Made by a program: the position numbers and the translations under genes. From an uncultured virus (IMG/VR IMGVR_UViG_3300028678_000003) (Duplodnaviria; Heunggongvirae; Uroviricota; Caudoviricetes), in the IMG/VR virus record IMGVR_UViG_3300028678_000003: a stretch of DNA of 64,000 nt. One strand, given 5' to 3'. Below, in pieces: positions 45,135-53,366 of the stretch. Under the pieces are notes generated by a model. That model made no database searches and had not been told where the DNA came from. It saw only the letters and a program-made list of their open reading frames with translations. Within the stretch, counting starts at the first letter, position 1. Each line of letters opens with the position of its first letter.

Positions 45135-46805
45135 TTACAAGAAATTAAATTTGAATCCCGTTGTCATTTTAGTAGCCCCTAATTTAGCAAGCCAAAAGCT
45201 TGAAGAAATATCATCATGTTCGCCTACGGACTCAAGCCCTTTCTCTGTAAATGCAACGCTACCAAGGTCGGTAAATATCAAGTCCTTCATGTCTTGTGAA
45301 AACTTGTCGCCTATCGGTATGTGAATCTTGTTACGTTCAAAATCCAAAGCCAATCCTGGCCAACCAGTCTTTAGGTCGTATTTATCAATCCCCGTGGTAT
45401 GTCCTATAACTGGCAGCCCCGCCCTGTCAGATTCTTGCACAAATATTTGTTGGAATACGTTTTGTTCTAAAACCATTACATCTGGACGATACCTAACATT
45501 CAGCCCCCTCAAGATTTGCATTTGTTCATAAAAGCTTCGCCCCTTTTCGCGGTGCAACCAAAGCAACCAGCGCTCTCCCGTTTCGTCATCGACTCCCCAC
45601 ACGCTAAATACAGTATAATCCGCGCCGACAGAAGATGATATAGAGAAGTCACAGCCAACCACTACCTTGCTGAACTTCATTGGGAAATCGTCCCTATTCT
45701 TTACCAACGTGTAGTTCTCCATACGAACCAAAGAACGTATCAAAATCGACATTGGGAAGATTGAAGCTTCATTCGTAATTGGGCGACAAAGGTTTTCCCT
45801 TGAGAAAATAATGTTCCCTTGAGATTCCTTTTTGTCCATCAGGTCTTTGAAGTTCCACCTATGTGGCCAAAGTATTCTTCCGTCAGGGAATATGGCTGGA
45901 TATTCAATAACGAACCAACCTTTCTTTGTTTTTAAATCCCCGTATAAATCGCTACTATGGAATGGTGTTCCAACTACTACAATTTGCCCACCAGGAACAA
46001 GCATGTTCATAATTACTGAATGGAAGTAGTCAATACCCTTGGTACGTTGAAGCGAACTATATATCACATTATCTTTTAATCCGTCATCTACCACAATCCA
46101 ATACGGGTGTGCCCCGCGGACAGATGACCCGAACCCTTTTACCGTTAAACGAGCTCCGTTTCGACATACGATATTAGTATTGGCCCAACCGCCGTTGTTA
46201 GTCTTAGGCATTAACCGTTCGTTCAATATGTCGTTTCCTTCAATAGTCCCCTTTAGGATTTCAAGAAGGTCGATGCCTTGTTGCAATGAGAATGAGAATA
46301 TAAACCCACGGTTGGAGTTTGAAAGCGAAGGTCTAGCTGAATATGCCCCCGATTTAGGCTTTCTGTATTTGTATAACTGCCAAGCAGCGTATGCATTTGA
46401 AAAGTAATAAGATTTTCCGTGGTCACGCGCCGCTTCTACGCATATCTTTCGGTGACGCTGAACGAGGTCTCCCCATTCAAGATGATGCCAAGACATTTGA
46501 AAATCTGGCATTACAGAAGTAATGAAATAACTAAGACTTGAGTTTCTTAATGTTTCTTCAATCGACTCGGAAAGTCTTTGTGTGTATTTAGGGCTGAAAT
46601 CAATTTCGCCCTGCCCCGTATAAAGAACCCCATAGGCATCCTTCATCAAGTTGTCAAGTACAAAATCTAAATCTCCGGAAGACCCCTGAAGTAACTCATC
46701 AAGCCCTCGGTCGTCCATCCCGTTTATAATTTCATCAACTATCCCTAAACATTCCATGCGGTGCATGGGCGATTGCAATAAAGTTTGTCCAATGTCAAGT
46801 ACCAT
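45135..46805 (-). CDS. terL: Terminase large subunit
   Basis: Walker A AARDHGKS, VRGAHP..IVVDD, VGTP, nuclease GCD...DYT and EHDD motifs. Confidence 0.92.
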   Translation of the reverse strand: MVLDIGQTLLQSPMHRMECLGIVDEIINGMDDRGLDELLQGSSGDLDFVLDNLMKDAYGVLYTGQGEIDFSPKYTQRLSESIEETLRNSSLSYFITSVMPDFQMSWHHLEWGDLVQRHRKICVEAARDHGKSYYFSNAYAAWQLYKYRKPKSGAYSARPSLSNSNRGFIFSFSLQQGIDLLEILKGTIEGNDILNERLMPKTNNGGWANTNIVCRNGARLTVKGFGSSVRGAHPYWIVVDDGLKDNVIYSSLQRTKGIDYFHSVIMNMLVPGGQIVVVGTPFHSSDLYGDLKTKKGWFVIEYPAIFPDGRILWPHRWNFKDLMDKKESQGNIIFSRENLCRPITNEASIFPMSILIRSLVRMENYTLVKNRDDFPMKFSKVVVGCDFSISSSVGADYTVFSVWGVDDETGERWLLWLHREKGRSFYEQMQILRGLNVRYRPDVMVLEQNVFQQIFVQESDRAGLPVIGHTTGIDKYDLKTGWPGLALDFERNKIHIPIGDKFSQDMKDLIFTDLGSVAFTEKGLESVGEHDDISSSFWLAKLGATKMTTGFKFNFL

Positions 46806-46824
46806 ATACGATTTTGATTAAAAT

Positions 46825-46857
46825 AAAAAAGGTTACGAAATTTCTTCCGTAACCCCC
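46825..46857 (-). terminator. Rho-independent terminator
   Basis: Minus strand GGTTACGGAA-GAAA-TTTCGTAACCTTTTTT. Confidence 0.7.
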
Positions 46858-46876
46858 TTATAACTGGTCAAAACTC

Positions 46877-47878
46877 TTAGTATTCGATACTGAACTTTCT
46901 TTTCACGTCTTTCATCAATTGAGCTGTTAAATCCAATTGTTTCATGACATCTGGCTCAACTTGCCCTACAATTGTCCTGAATCTTGTTTCGTTAAACTTA
47001 AGAGCTTCACAAGAGGCAAACACATCTTTCCTCACGGCATCAATAGCTACTTTAGGGTCTGCGTTGAACTTAAACTCGTGATGTCCTTTTGTGAATGTAA
47101 TAAACCCAAATACACTTAATAAATTGAGCACCTCAGCTGTTTTGGAATGTGTCAAGGTTGTTTTTCTTACCACTTCAGTTTCGGTGTGTATTAATCCGAC
47201 AGGGTCAATAATATTAGCAGGAGTTATCAGAACAAACAATTTTTTGCAATGTTCTTCAGCTTGTTTGAAATTGTTTACATCCCCAACAAACTCTTCCATA
47301 GTTTTAGCGCGGCTTTCAGATAACGCAGCTTTCGCTTCACGCTCAGCCAATACCTTAAAATCTTCTTCGGTCAATATAACTATGGTCATGCCTGTCTTTT
47401 CAGCTTGCTTTTTTACCATGTCCATTAACTTGACGTTTTCGGTATAAATGAAAACAATCTTTTCTTCTTCAGTTAATTTAGGTTTTGCAGGTCTCTTCAA
47501 TCTCGCTGGCGTTAAACATTCCAAAGTTGCGTCCGTTATCACAGAATGGTCTTCGCTTTCAACTCCAAGGTCAACTCCCAAAACCATAACTTCTTTCACA
47601 TCACCAACGGGTAATTCAGAACCCATTATGATTTTCCCAGCAATTTTGCCAGCTCCTAATACCAAATCATTTGCATGTTCGGTGTTAATTTCTACACCAG
47701 CGGCTAAATAATTTTCAGCTTCTTTGTCTTCAGCGGTGGAGGTTGCGTCCGCCGTACATCCATTACAACTACTGTAAATGCAACCTAAACATTGTCCGTC
47801 ACACTCATTACCTGCTGAATCGTGATGAGTCGCAACAGGTCTCGTTACTTGTACTAATTCTTCTTCTAATCCTTTCAT
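46877..47878 (-). CDS. Hypothetical protein with N-terminal Cys cluster
   Basis: 333 aa containing CDGQCLGCIYSSCNGC. Confidence 0.55.
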   Translation of the reverse strand: MKGLEEELVQVTRPVATHHDSAGNECDGQCLGCIYSSCNGCTADATSTAEDKEAENYLAAGVEINTEHANDLVLGAGKIAGKIIMGSELPVGDVKEVMVLGVDLGVESEDHSVITDATLECLTPARLKRPAKPKLTEEEKIVFIYTENVKLMDMVKKQAEKTGMTIVILTEEDFKVLAEREAKAALSESRAKTMEEFVGDVNNFKQAEEHCKKLFVLITPANIIDPVGLIHTETEVVRKTTLTHSKTAEVLNLLSVFGFITFTKGHHEFKFNADPKVAIDAVRKDVFASCEALKFNETRFRTIVGQVEPDVMKQLDLTAQLMKDVKRKFSIEY

Positions 47879-48516
47879 TATTTTAGTTTTGATATGTTTT
47901 CATTTAAAAAATTTAACAATAATTCTGATGTTTGGAAAAGCTCCTTTGAATCAAACACTTGTTTTTCTGTAACGGCACCTGAAAACGGATTAATGAAACG
48001 TACTTTGTGCACAAAATTACCAACTTTAGCTTTTTCAACGGCAAAAACTTCAGCTTGGCAAATACAGTGTGAGTAACCGTCAACAAACAAAAAGTAACAA
48101 ACATCATCTATTTGGTATTGTTCTTTTTTATTGAAAACGATCGGCGCTAACTTTCTTATTTCAATATCCTTAAAAACTTTGTTATTTTCAAGATAACGCA
48201 CAGGAAACTTTTGTATTCTTCTTTGAGTTTCAAAAATGCCGCTGCAAATATCACCTAATAGGAAAGATGAGTCCAAAGAACGATAATGGGTTTTGACAGA
48301 CGACTTCCGTGTTCGTTTAGCGTGAAATTCAAATATTTTGTTTTCTTCCAAAAACACAAATAACGCTGGAATAAACTGCGGCTTTAACTCGAACTTTTCA
48401 GCTAATTTGTATATGGAATTGGATTCTATTAAGACCCATTTACCTTTTGACAAACTATACATTTCTTTCAGTACCCTTTCAATCAATGGTACGGTTTCTT
48501 CTTTTTCAATTTTCAT
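47878..48516 (-). CDS. Hypothetical protein, paralog of the sigma factor C-terminal extension
   Basis: Shares LS..kW, YR, ID..C..L and LF.T.E.L...L patterns with the C-terminus of 56675-57943. Confidence 0.55.
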   Translation of the reverse strand: MKIEKEETVPLIERVLKEMYSLSKGKWVLIESNSIYKLAEKFELKPQFIPALFVFLEENKIFEFHAKRTRKSSVKTHYRSLDSSFLLGDICSGIFETQRRIQKFPVRYLENNKVFKDIEIRKLAPIVFNKKEQYQIDDVCYFLFVDGYSHCICQAEVFAVEKAKVGNFVHKVRFINPFSGAVTEKQVFDSKELFQTSELLLNFLNENISKLK

Positions 48517-48541
48517 GATACGATTTTATTTTTACGATTTA

Positions 48542-49198
48542 TTATTTTGCACATTTAAACTCAAAAAAATCTGCCCCCTTTTCCCTTTGTTTTATTTCAG
48601 TTGAGGAAGTTGAACCTTTATTGGAACGCATCTTCTTTACAAAATACCTAAACAACTCCGCGGTAGCCATAACATCATTCATAGCTCCGTGAGCGTCAGT
48701 AAGCTTTATTCCGGCAAATTCACAACAAGCATTCAGGTTTATTTTCTCTTCGCCCGTTAAACACCAAACCGCTTTAGACAGTTTCATTGTGTCAATAGCT
48801 TCTTCGTATATGAACGAGTAAAGATTTAATTTATGTAGGTTAAGAGCATACGATAAAAAACCATTATCAAATCCCACATTGTGGCCAACTGGAACTAACC
48901 GCCCGCGTTCAGAACTATTGCCCGAAGCGTTATGCATTTTAAAGAACTGAGAGAACGTTTCGTCGAATTGCTTTACCGTTATACCAGAATTAATGTCCGA
49001 CATGCTTACCATCGTCTTATCAAGCGATTTTTGTGTAATCTTAAGACCCTCGTACGGCTTAACGAAAGTTTCCCATTGGTCTACGACTTTCAATGTCTTG
49101 AAGTCTAATACTTGACAAGCGAACTGGGTGATTGGATTTTCAGTTTCTTCCAGCCCCCCAGTTTCACAATCATAAACAACGTAATTTGATTTATGCAT
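48542..49198 (-). CDS. DEDDh 3'-5' exonuclease (DnaQ-like)
   Basis: YDCETGG, GHNVGFD, IDT and HGAMND motifs. Confidence 0.88.
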   Translation of the reverse strand: MHKSNYVVYDCETGGLEETENPITQFACQVLDFKTLKVVDQWETFVKPYEGLKITQKSLDKTMVSMSDINSGITVKQFDETFSQFFKMHNASGNSSERGRLVPVGHNVGFDNGFLSYALNLHKLNLYSFIYEEAIDTMKLSKAVWCLTGEEKINLNACCEFAGIKLTDAHGAMNDVMATAELFRYFVKKMRSNKGSTSSTEIKQREKGADFFEFKCAK

Positions 49199-49370
49199 TT
49201 TCTTCCTTAAAAAGCGGTTCAGTTTTCTTTACTAACTCTGACGTCTTTTCGAAGTTATCTACGTCATGACGTTTACCAAAAGTGTAATTACTGAACTGAA
49301 TAGCTTGCCAAATTAATTGTTTTTGGTCAGCGGTAAAGATTAATCCTAATAAGAATTTTTTAAATTTCAT
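49191..49370 (-). CDS. Small hypothetical protein, paralog of the upstream gene
   Basis: Own translation: MKFKKFLLGLIFTADQKQLIWQAI... (59 aa). Confidence 0.5.
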   Translation of the reverse strand: MKFKKFLLGLIFTADQKQLIWQAIQFSNYTFGKRHDVDNFEKTSELVKKTEPLFKEENA

Positions 49371-49375
49371 GATTT

Positions 49376-49735
49376 CTAATTGTTAATTGTTTGTAATTGG
49401 GTTTCGACAGTTTTACGTACTTGTTCAAATTTTGTTGAGCCTTCTTGAACCCCGCGCTTGTAAATGTTTTCCAGCACCTCGTCGATGCTCGCTTCAGTCT
49501 TTAGACATAGCGCTTCAGCTATCTTTGTACGCATCATAATAGTGTGGTCGTTTAAGGGAGCGGGAGTAACATCAAGAATTTTTTCAGTCTGATGCATTAC
49601 AAGTTCAATTTGCGCCATCTTTTCTAATTCCAAATCCGCTTTTGCGGTTGTGCGAACTTCTTCAAGTGAGTTCCAAATAATTTGGCGTTGCGTGGGATTC
49701 AACAATGTGCTTAACAAAAATCTTTCAAGTTTCAT
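49376..49735 (-). CDS. Hypothetical protein
   Basis: 119 aa, starts MKLERFLLSTLLNPTQRQIIWNSL. Confidence 0.55.
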   Translation of the reverse strand: MKLERFLLSTLLNPTQRQIIWNSLEEVRTTAKADLELEKMAQIELVMHQTEKILDVTPAPLNDHTIMMRTKIAEALCLKTEASIDEVLENIYKRGVQEGSTKFEQVRKTVETQLQTINN

Positions 49736-50013
49736 TTCTTAATTGTTTTTATACTTGTTACTAATTCAAAATTACACCATAATTCGCTATAATCTACGTC
49801 CCATTTACCGTCTGTACTTTTACGAAGTACTCTAACATACTTCTTCAAAAAATCTTTAGGTTCTAATATTGTAGATGTTTGTTCTGGGTGTACCTTAACC
49901 ATTTCGCCCGATTTCCAAGGCATCAATAAATGTTTATTCCAATCCGTCTTTTCAGGTTCAGAATTTACAATTAAAAACTTAGGTAATAATTCAATTTTCA
50001 AGATAGGATTCAT
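49732..50013 (-). CDS. Hypothetical protein
   Basis: Start moved to MNPILKIELL, downstream of the terminator. Confidence 0.5.
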   Translation of the reverse strand: MNPILKIELLPKFLIVNSEPEKTDWNKHLLMPWKSGEMVKVHPEQTSTILEPKDFLKKYVRVLRKSTDGKWDVDYSELWCNFELVTSIKTIKK

Positions 50014-50050
50014 AATAATACATTTTATACTATTAGTAACGTTGGGGCAT

Positions 50051-50090
50051 AAAAAAAGCTTGGAAAAGTTCAACCTTAGCCCAAGCTTTT
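50051..50090 (-). terminator. Rho-independent terminator
   Basis: Minus strand AAAAGCTTGG...CCAAGCTTTTTTT. Confidence 0.7.
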
Positions 50091-50124
50091 AATACATTTT
50101 ACAACTTTTCTTTTTTGTTAGTGC

Positions 50125-50556
50125 TTAACAATAAAACCGCAGGAAATTCCGGTCGGCTACATTGTCTTTGGCAGCGCTTATCATATGGGTCTGTAGTACT
50201 GGATTAAAGTTTTGATTACAAATATACCCGATATTATTTAGCTTAACTTTTTGATTTATATAATTAATTGCGATGTAGCTTTGCCAACCAACGTCTCTAT
50301 TCCTTATCAGGTAAACAGCCGTCGCTCGCTGACTTCTTATTACTGATTCTACCATTACCCCCGCTTGAACGGACGGGTTGATAAACATCACTTGCAACTT
50401 GCCGGAAATCGTTACTGCTACTAAATTAATTGGCTGAACTATCTGTCCTACAATGTAGGCGTTCGACTCAATTTTCTGATTGCCCCCGCTTTCGAAGGCA
50501 TTTGCCGCGACCGTGAACAGTAGCATGCAAAAGATAAAACCCAATAGTCTTTTCAT
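50125..50556 (-). CDS. Secreted hypothetical protein
   Basis: Signal peptide ending ANA. Confidence 0.5.
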   Translation of the reverse strand: MKRLLGFIFCMLLFTVAANAFESGGNQKIESNAYIVGQIVQPINLVAVTISGKLQVMFINPSVQAGVMVESVIRSQRATAVYLIRNRDVGWQSYIAINYINQKVKLNNIGYICNQNFNPVLQTHMISAAKDNVADRNFLRFYC

Positions 50557-50621
50557 AAATGCTTTGTTTTGTTAATACTAATTTTTAAAAACTCAATAGG
50601 ACTTACTAATACTTGGAAATG

Positions 50622-50894
50622 TTAAACCAGTTTCTTCATTGTTGAAGTAGGCTGGAACTTAATAGTTTTTGATTCCGGAATTTCCAGCGCTGCTCCTGTT
50701 AAAGGATTACGTCCTGTCCGTGCTGGATTTGTTTTTTGTTTAAAGATACCCAAACCAGGAAGGTTAACTGAATCACCACCGTCCCGAACTTCAGACGTAA
50801 TAATTTCTGGCATTGCGTCAACCATTTTTTCTACGTCACCTTTACTCAAACCAGTTTTAGCTGCGATAGCTACTACAAAATCATACTTTTTCAT
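50622..50894 (-). CDS. hup: HU/IHF-family DNA-binding protein
   Basis: LPGLGIF, ARTGRNPLTG and IP...IKF.P motifs. Confidence 0.92.
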   Translation of the reverse strand: MKKYDFVVAIAAKTGLSKGDVEKMVDAMPEIITSEVRDGGDSVNLPGLGIFKQKTNPARTGRNPLTGAALEIPESKTIKFQPTSTMKKLV

Positions 50895-50920
50895 TCTTTT
50901 CAATTTTTAAAATTTAACAA

Positions 50921-51328
50921 TTACATTTTAATTATATTGAACCCCGACTCTTCAAGTTTAGAAAGCAAGGATTCATACTTCATATCTCTTAACTCTGGGG
51001 TAGAATACCAAACAGAAATATCAACTCTTTTCACAAACGACGAGGGCAAAACTCCCTTGTTTATTGTTATACCGTATTCCCAATGAGCTGACGGTTTCTC
51101 AACAAAACGAATATCAATGTCTATGGATTGTATGTCGAAAATATTGATAACAACTCCCGTTTCCAATGCTAACATTGATTTCTTGTAACGGTCTCCTTCC
51201 TCATCTTCTTCCTCGTCTTCTTCATCCAAGAAAGTTTTGACTTTGTCGCCCTTAACTTCCTTCCAATTCTTGCTTTCGAATAACGGCTTTCCGCCTTCTT
51301 CGGGTATATTGCTATTCTTTACATTCAT
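50921..51328 (-). CDS. Hypothetical protein
   Basis: 135 aa with an acidic stretch. Confidence 0.55.
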   Translation of the reverse strand: MNVKNSNIPEEGGKPLFESKNWKEVKGDKVKTFLDEEDEEEDEEGDRYKKSMLALETGVVINIFDIQSIDIDIRFVEKPSAHWEYGITINKGVLPSSFVKRVDISVWYSTPELRDMKYESLLSKLEESGFNIIKM

Positions 51329-51647
51329 ATTCTTTTCCTTCTAATCTAGCTTTTAAAATTTGCTCTATGCGTGCCCGTCCTCGGTCTTTTACGGCTTGAA
51401 TGGTTAGTAGTTGCGACGGCGATTCATTGATCCGATACGCCCCGTATTTCCATGTTTCCAGATAACCAGCATTTGTTAAATACCCCCGATAAGTGTCAAC
51501 GGTTGTCAACCCCTTGTCAGAGTCGTTGAACGCAATACCTCTATTCCGGACATTGTTCAAAAGATGCTGTCGGGTTATGATATTCCCTGCCCCGACGGAG
51601 CGTATGTGCTCTATAACTGTTAACCATAATGTTTCCCCGCCTTTCAT
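51312..51647 (-). CDS. Hypothetical protein, possible winged helix
   Basis: TVDTYRGYLTNAGYL...GAY pattern. Confidence 0.45.
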   Translation of the reverse strand: MKGGETLWLTVIEHIRSVGAGNIITRQHLLNNVRNRGIAFNDSDKGLTTVDTYRGYLTNAGYLETWKYGAYRINESPSQLLTIQAVKDRGRARIEQILKARLEGKEYECKE

Positions 51648-52288
51648 CTACCCAATTGTATTTTACGTTGTACTTTGATGAACGACATAGCAGCTCCCCA
51701 AGCTTGGTCCGATATTAGTTGCACGCTATTTCCCAAAGCCCATACGTGAGTTGTTATTTCTGAAGTGCAATCTTGAATTGCGTATCTAACTTGACGCTTT
51801 ACAAGTTGCACTTCTATCGTAAAATTATAATCGTTAATTCGTATTACCAAATATTTTAGATTATCTTTATTGTAACCGCCGTTGATTGGGTGATCGTACA
51901 CTTTCCCTGTGACAAAATGAACTCCCCAAACATCATCTATTGAACGAATATGCCTGCATAATTCATCATTAACATCTTTGGTAGGAACTAATGCCACGAA
52001 GTTAGGATCCGGCAACCAGTCAGAAATACCTTTGAACATATAATTTGGAATTATAACCTTGCCGTGGGTAAAGAGCTGGTCTTTTAAACGGTTGCGTTCT
52101 TTGTCAACTTGCAAAGCATGGTTAGCAGAAGCTGACATATCTACCCCCCTTTGTATTGCTATTGCTTCTGATTCTTCAAATTTTGAAACTAATAAATGTA
52201 TCAACTTGCTTTGGTTAACAAGTATCTGGTCTGAGGCTTTTATTTCATGCCGGAGTATCCAGCTGGCCAATTGATTTACGATTTTCAT
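51644..52288 (-). CDS. Hypothetical protein
   Basis: 214 aa ORF. Confidence 0.55.
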   Translation of the reverse strand: MKIVNQLASWILRHEIKASDQILVNQSKLIHLLVSKFEESEAIAIQRGVDMSASANHALQVDKERNRLKDQLFTHGKVIIPNYMFKGISDWLPDPNFVALVPTKDVNDELCRHIRSIDDVWGVHFVTGKVYDHPINGGYNKDNLKYLVIRINDYNFTIEVQLVKRQVRYAIQDCTSEITTHVWALGNSVQLISDQAWGAAMSFIKVQRKIQLGR

Positions 52289-52670
52289 TTACGGTTTTAT
52301 TTATGATTTCTATTTGTACATTGCTAAGAGAACGACTTGCCGGATGAGGCACGAATATCATCGGTCGGTTTAAAGCGGTTATTGTATCAAGATACCTGTT
52401 AACAGTTTCCTTTGCTTGATTACCGCAAACTAATATCATATCAAACTTGCCTAGCTTCAAGATAACCTTTTCAAAATGTTCATAGTTCGGTTTTGGCTTG
52501 CCTTTTGCAGTGATTGTCATTTCGTTTGTGGTGTTGCAAAAGAAAGCTTGATTATCTTCGCCTATCATTTTCTGAATTGTCCTTGCGCTCTTGTTGTGAG
52601 GGTTTGGGATAAATACCGTTGGCAAGTCTCTATCTCCCCAAGCGTTCTGAAGTATGCAAATTATTTTCAT
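52245..52670 (-). CDS. Uracil-DNA glycosylase-superfamily-like protein
   Basis: N-terminal ILQN, ILVCG..A and VPHPASR motifs. Confidence 0.5.
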   Translation of the reverse strand: MKIICILQNAWGDRDLPTVFIPNPHNKSARTIQKMIGEDNQAFFCNTTNEMTITAKGKPKPNYEHFEKVILKLGKFDMILVCGNQAKETVNRYLDTITALNRPMIFVPHPASRSLSNVQIEIINKTVNENRKSIGQLDTPA

Positions 52671-52694
52671 ATCTGGTTAGTTTTATTTTACAAG

Positions 52695-52815
52695 AAACAT
52701 TCAGCAGAGTCGAGGGTTTTCTTTGTTCCTTAGCGCGCTCCCCATTTCGAACCTACGACGCAGTAAAAGTGCGACATTGGTTCTGTTATCTTGCAAACTC
52801 CTCTGCTGAATGTTT
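52695..52815. repeat. 15-bp perfect inverted repeat enclosing a structured 91-nt segment
   Basis: AAACATTCAGCAGAG (52695-52709) and CTCTGCTGAATGTTT (52801-52815). Confidence 0.75.
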
Positions 52816-52918
52816 AATATCTTTCTGTCGGTATGAATAACGTTGGGGAGTCGGGGAAGGTATTTCATCAACGAAAGATACAAGTTTCCTCTGGACTCCT
52901 TCAAAATCTTCCAATCTT

Positions 52919-53308
52919 CTATTCTTTGTTTCTCTCCTCTCGTATACGCAGGCTCGCTTCGCTCGCTTTAACCCCCTTTAAATCCCCCTTGCTCCAATGC
53001 CATCTATCAAACAATTTTAAGCTGTTGTCAAAAGCATACGAACCTTGGTTTTGCATTAAGAATGATATCAATGTTTCATCCCTTGGATTGTTCGGCTTCA
53101 ACGTTAAAGAAGTGCTTTCTCCAAAACAAACAACTTTCAGCGGCGAATTTTGTACTCTGAAAAATCCAGCTGATGTTGGCTTCAATTGAACTATTTTACC
53201 GCCCCTTTTAACAGGCATATCTTTGAATGCTATATCGCAATGGTTCACAATATCGGGGAATATGACAGGGAAGGTGAAACCAACGGTCTCAAAAACAATG
53301 TATTTCAT
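52919..53308 (-). CDS. Hypothetical phage protein
   Basis: MKYIVF...PVIFP...H...SAGF...CFGESTSL pattern seen in phage hypotheticals. Confidence 0.55.
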   Translation of the reverse strand: MKYIVFETVGFTFPVIFPDIVNHCDIAFKDMPVKRGGKIVQLKPTSAGFFRVQNSPLKVVCFGESTSLTLKPNNPRDETLISFLMQNQGSYAFDNSLKLFDRWHWSKGDLKGVKASEASLRIREERNKE

Positions 53309-53366
53309 ATTGTATGCTTGCTAAATGATTATTAATACAGGTTGATACATTTTACCGCATTCGGGA

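Noticed and set aside
45135..46805. Intron or intein in the terminase, as is common in Twort-like phages
   Set aside because: The 556-aa ORF is continuous, with ATPase and nuclease motifs at normal spacing.
52701..52904. 67-aa minus-strand ORF
   Set aside because: It has a TTG start, no recognisable motifs, and overlaps a strong inverted repeat, so it is more likely non-coding.
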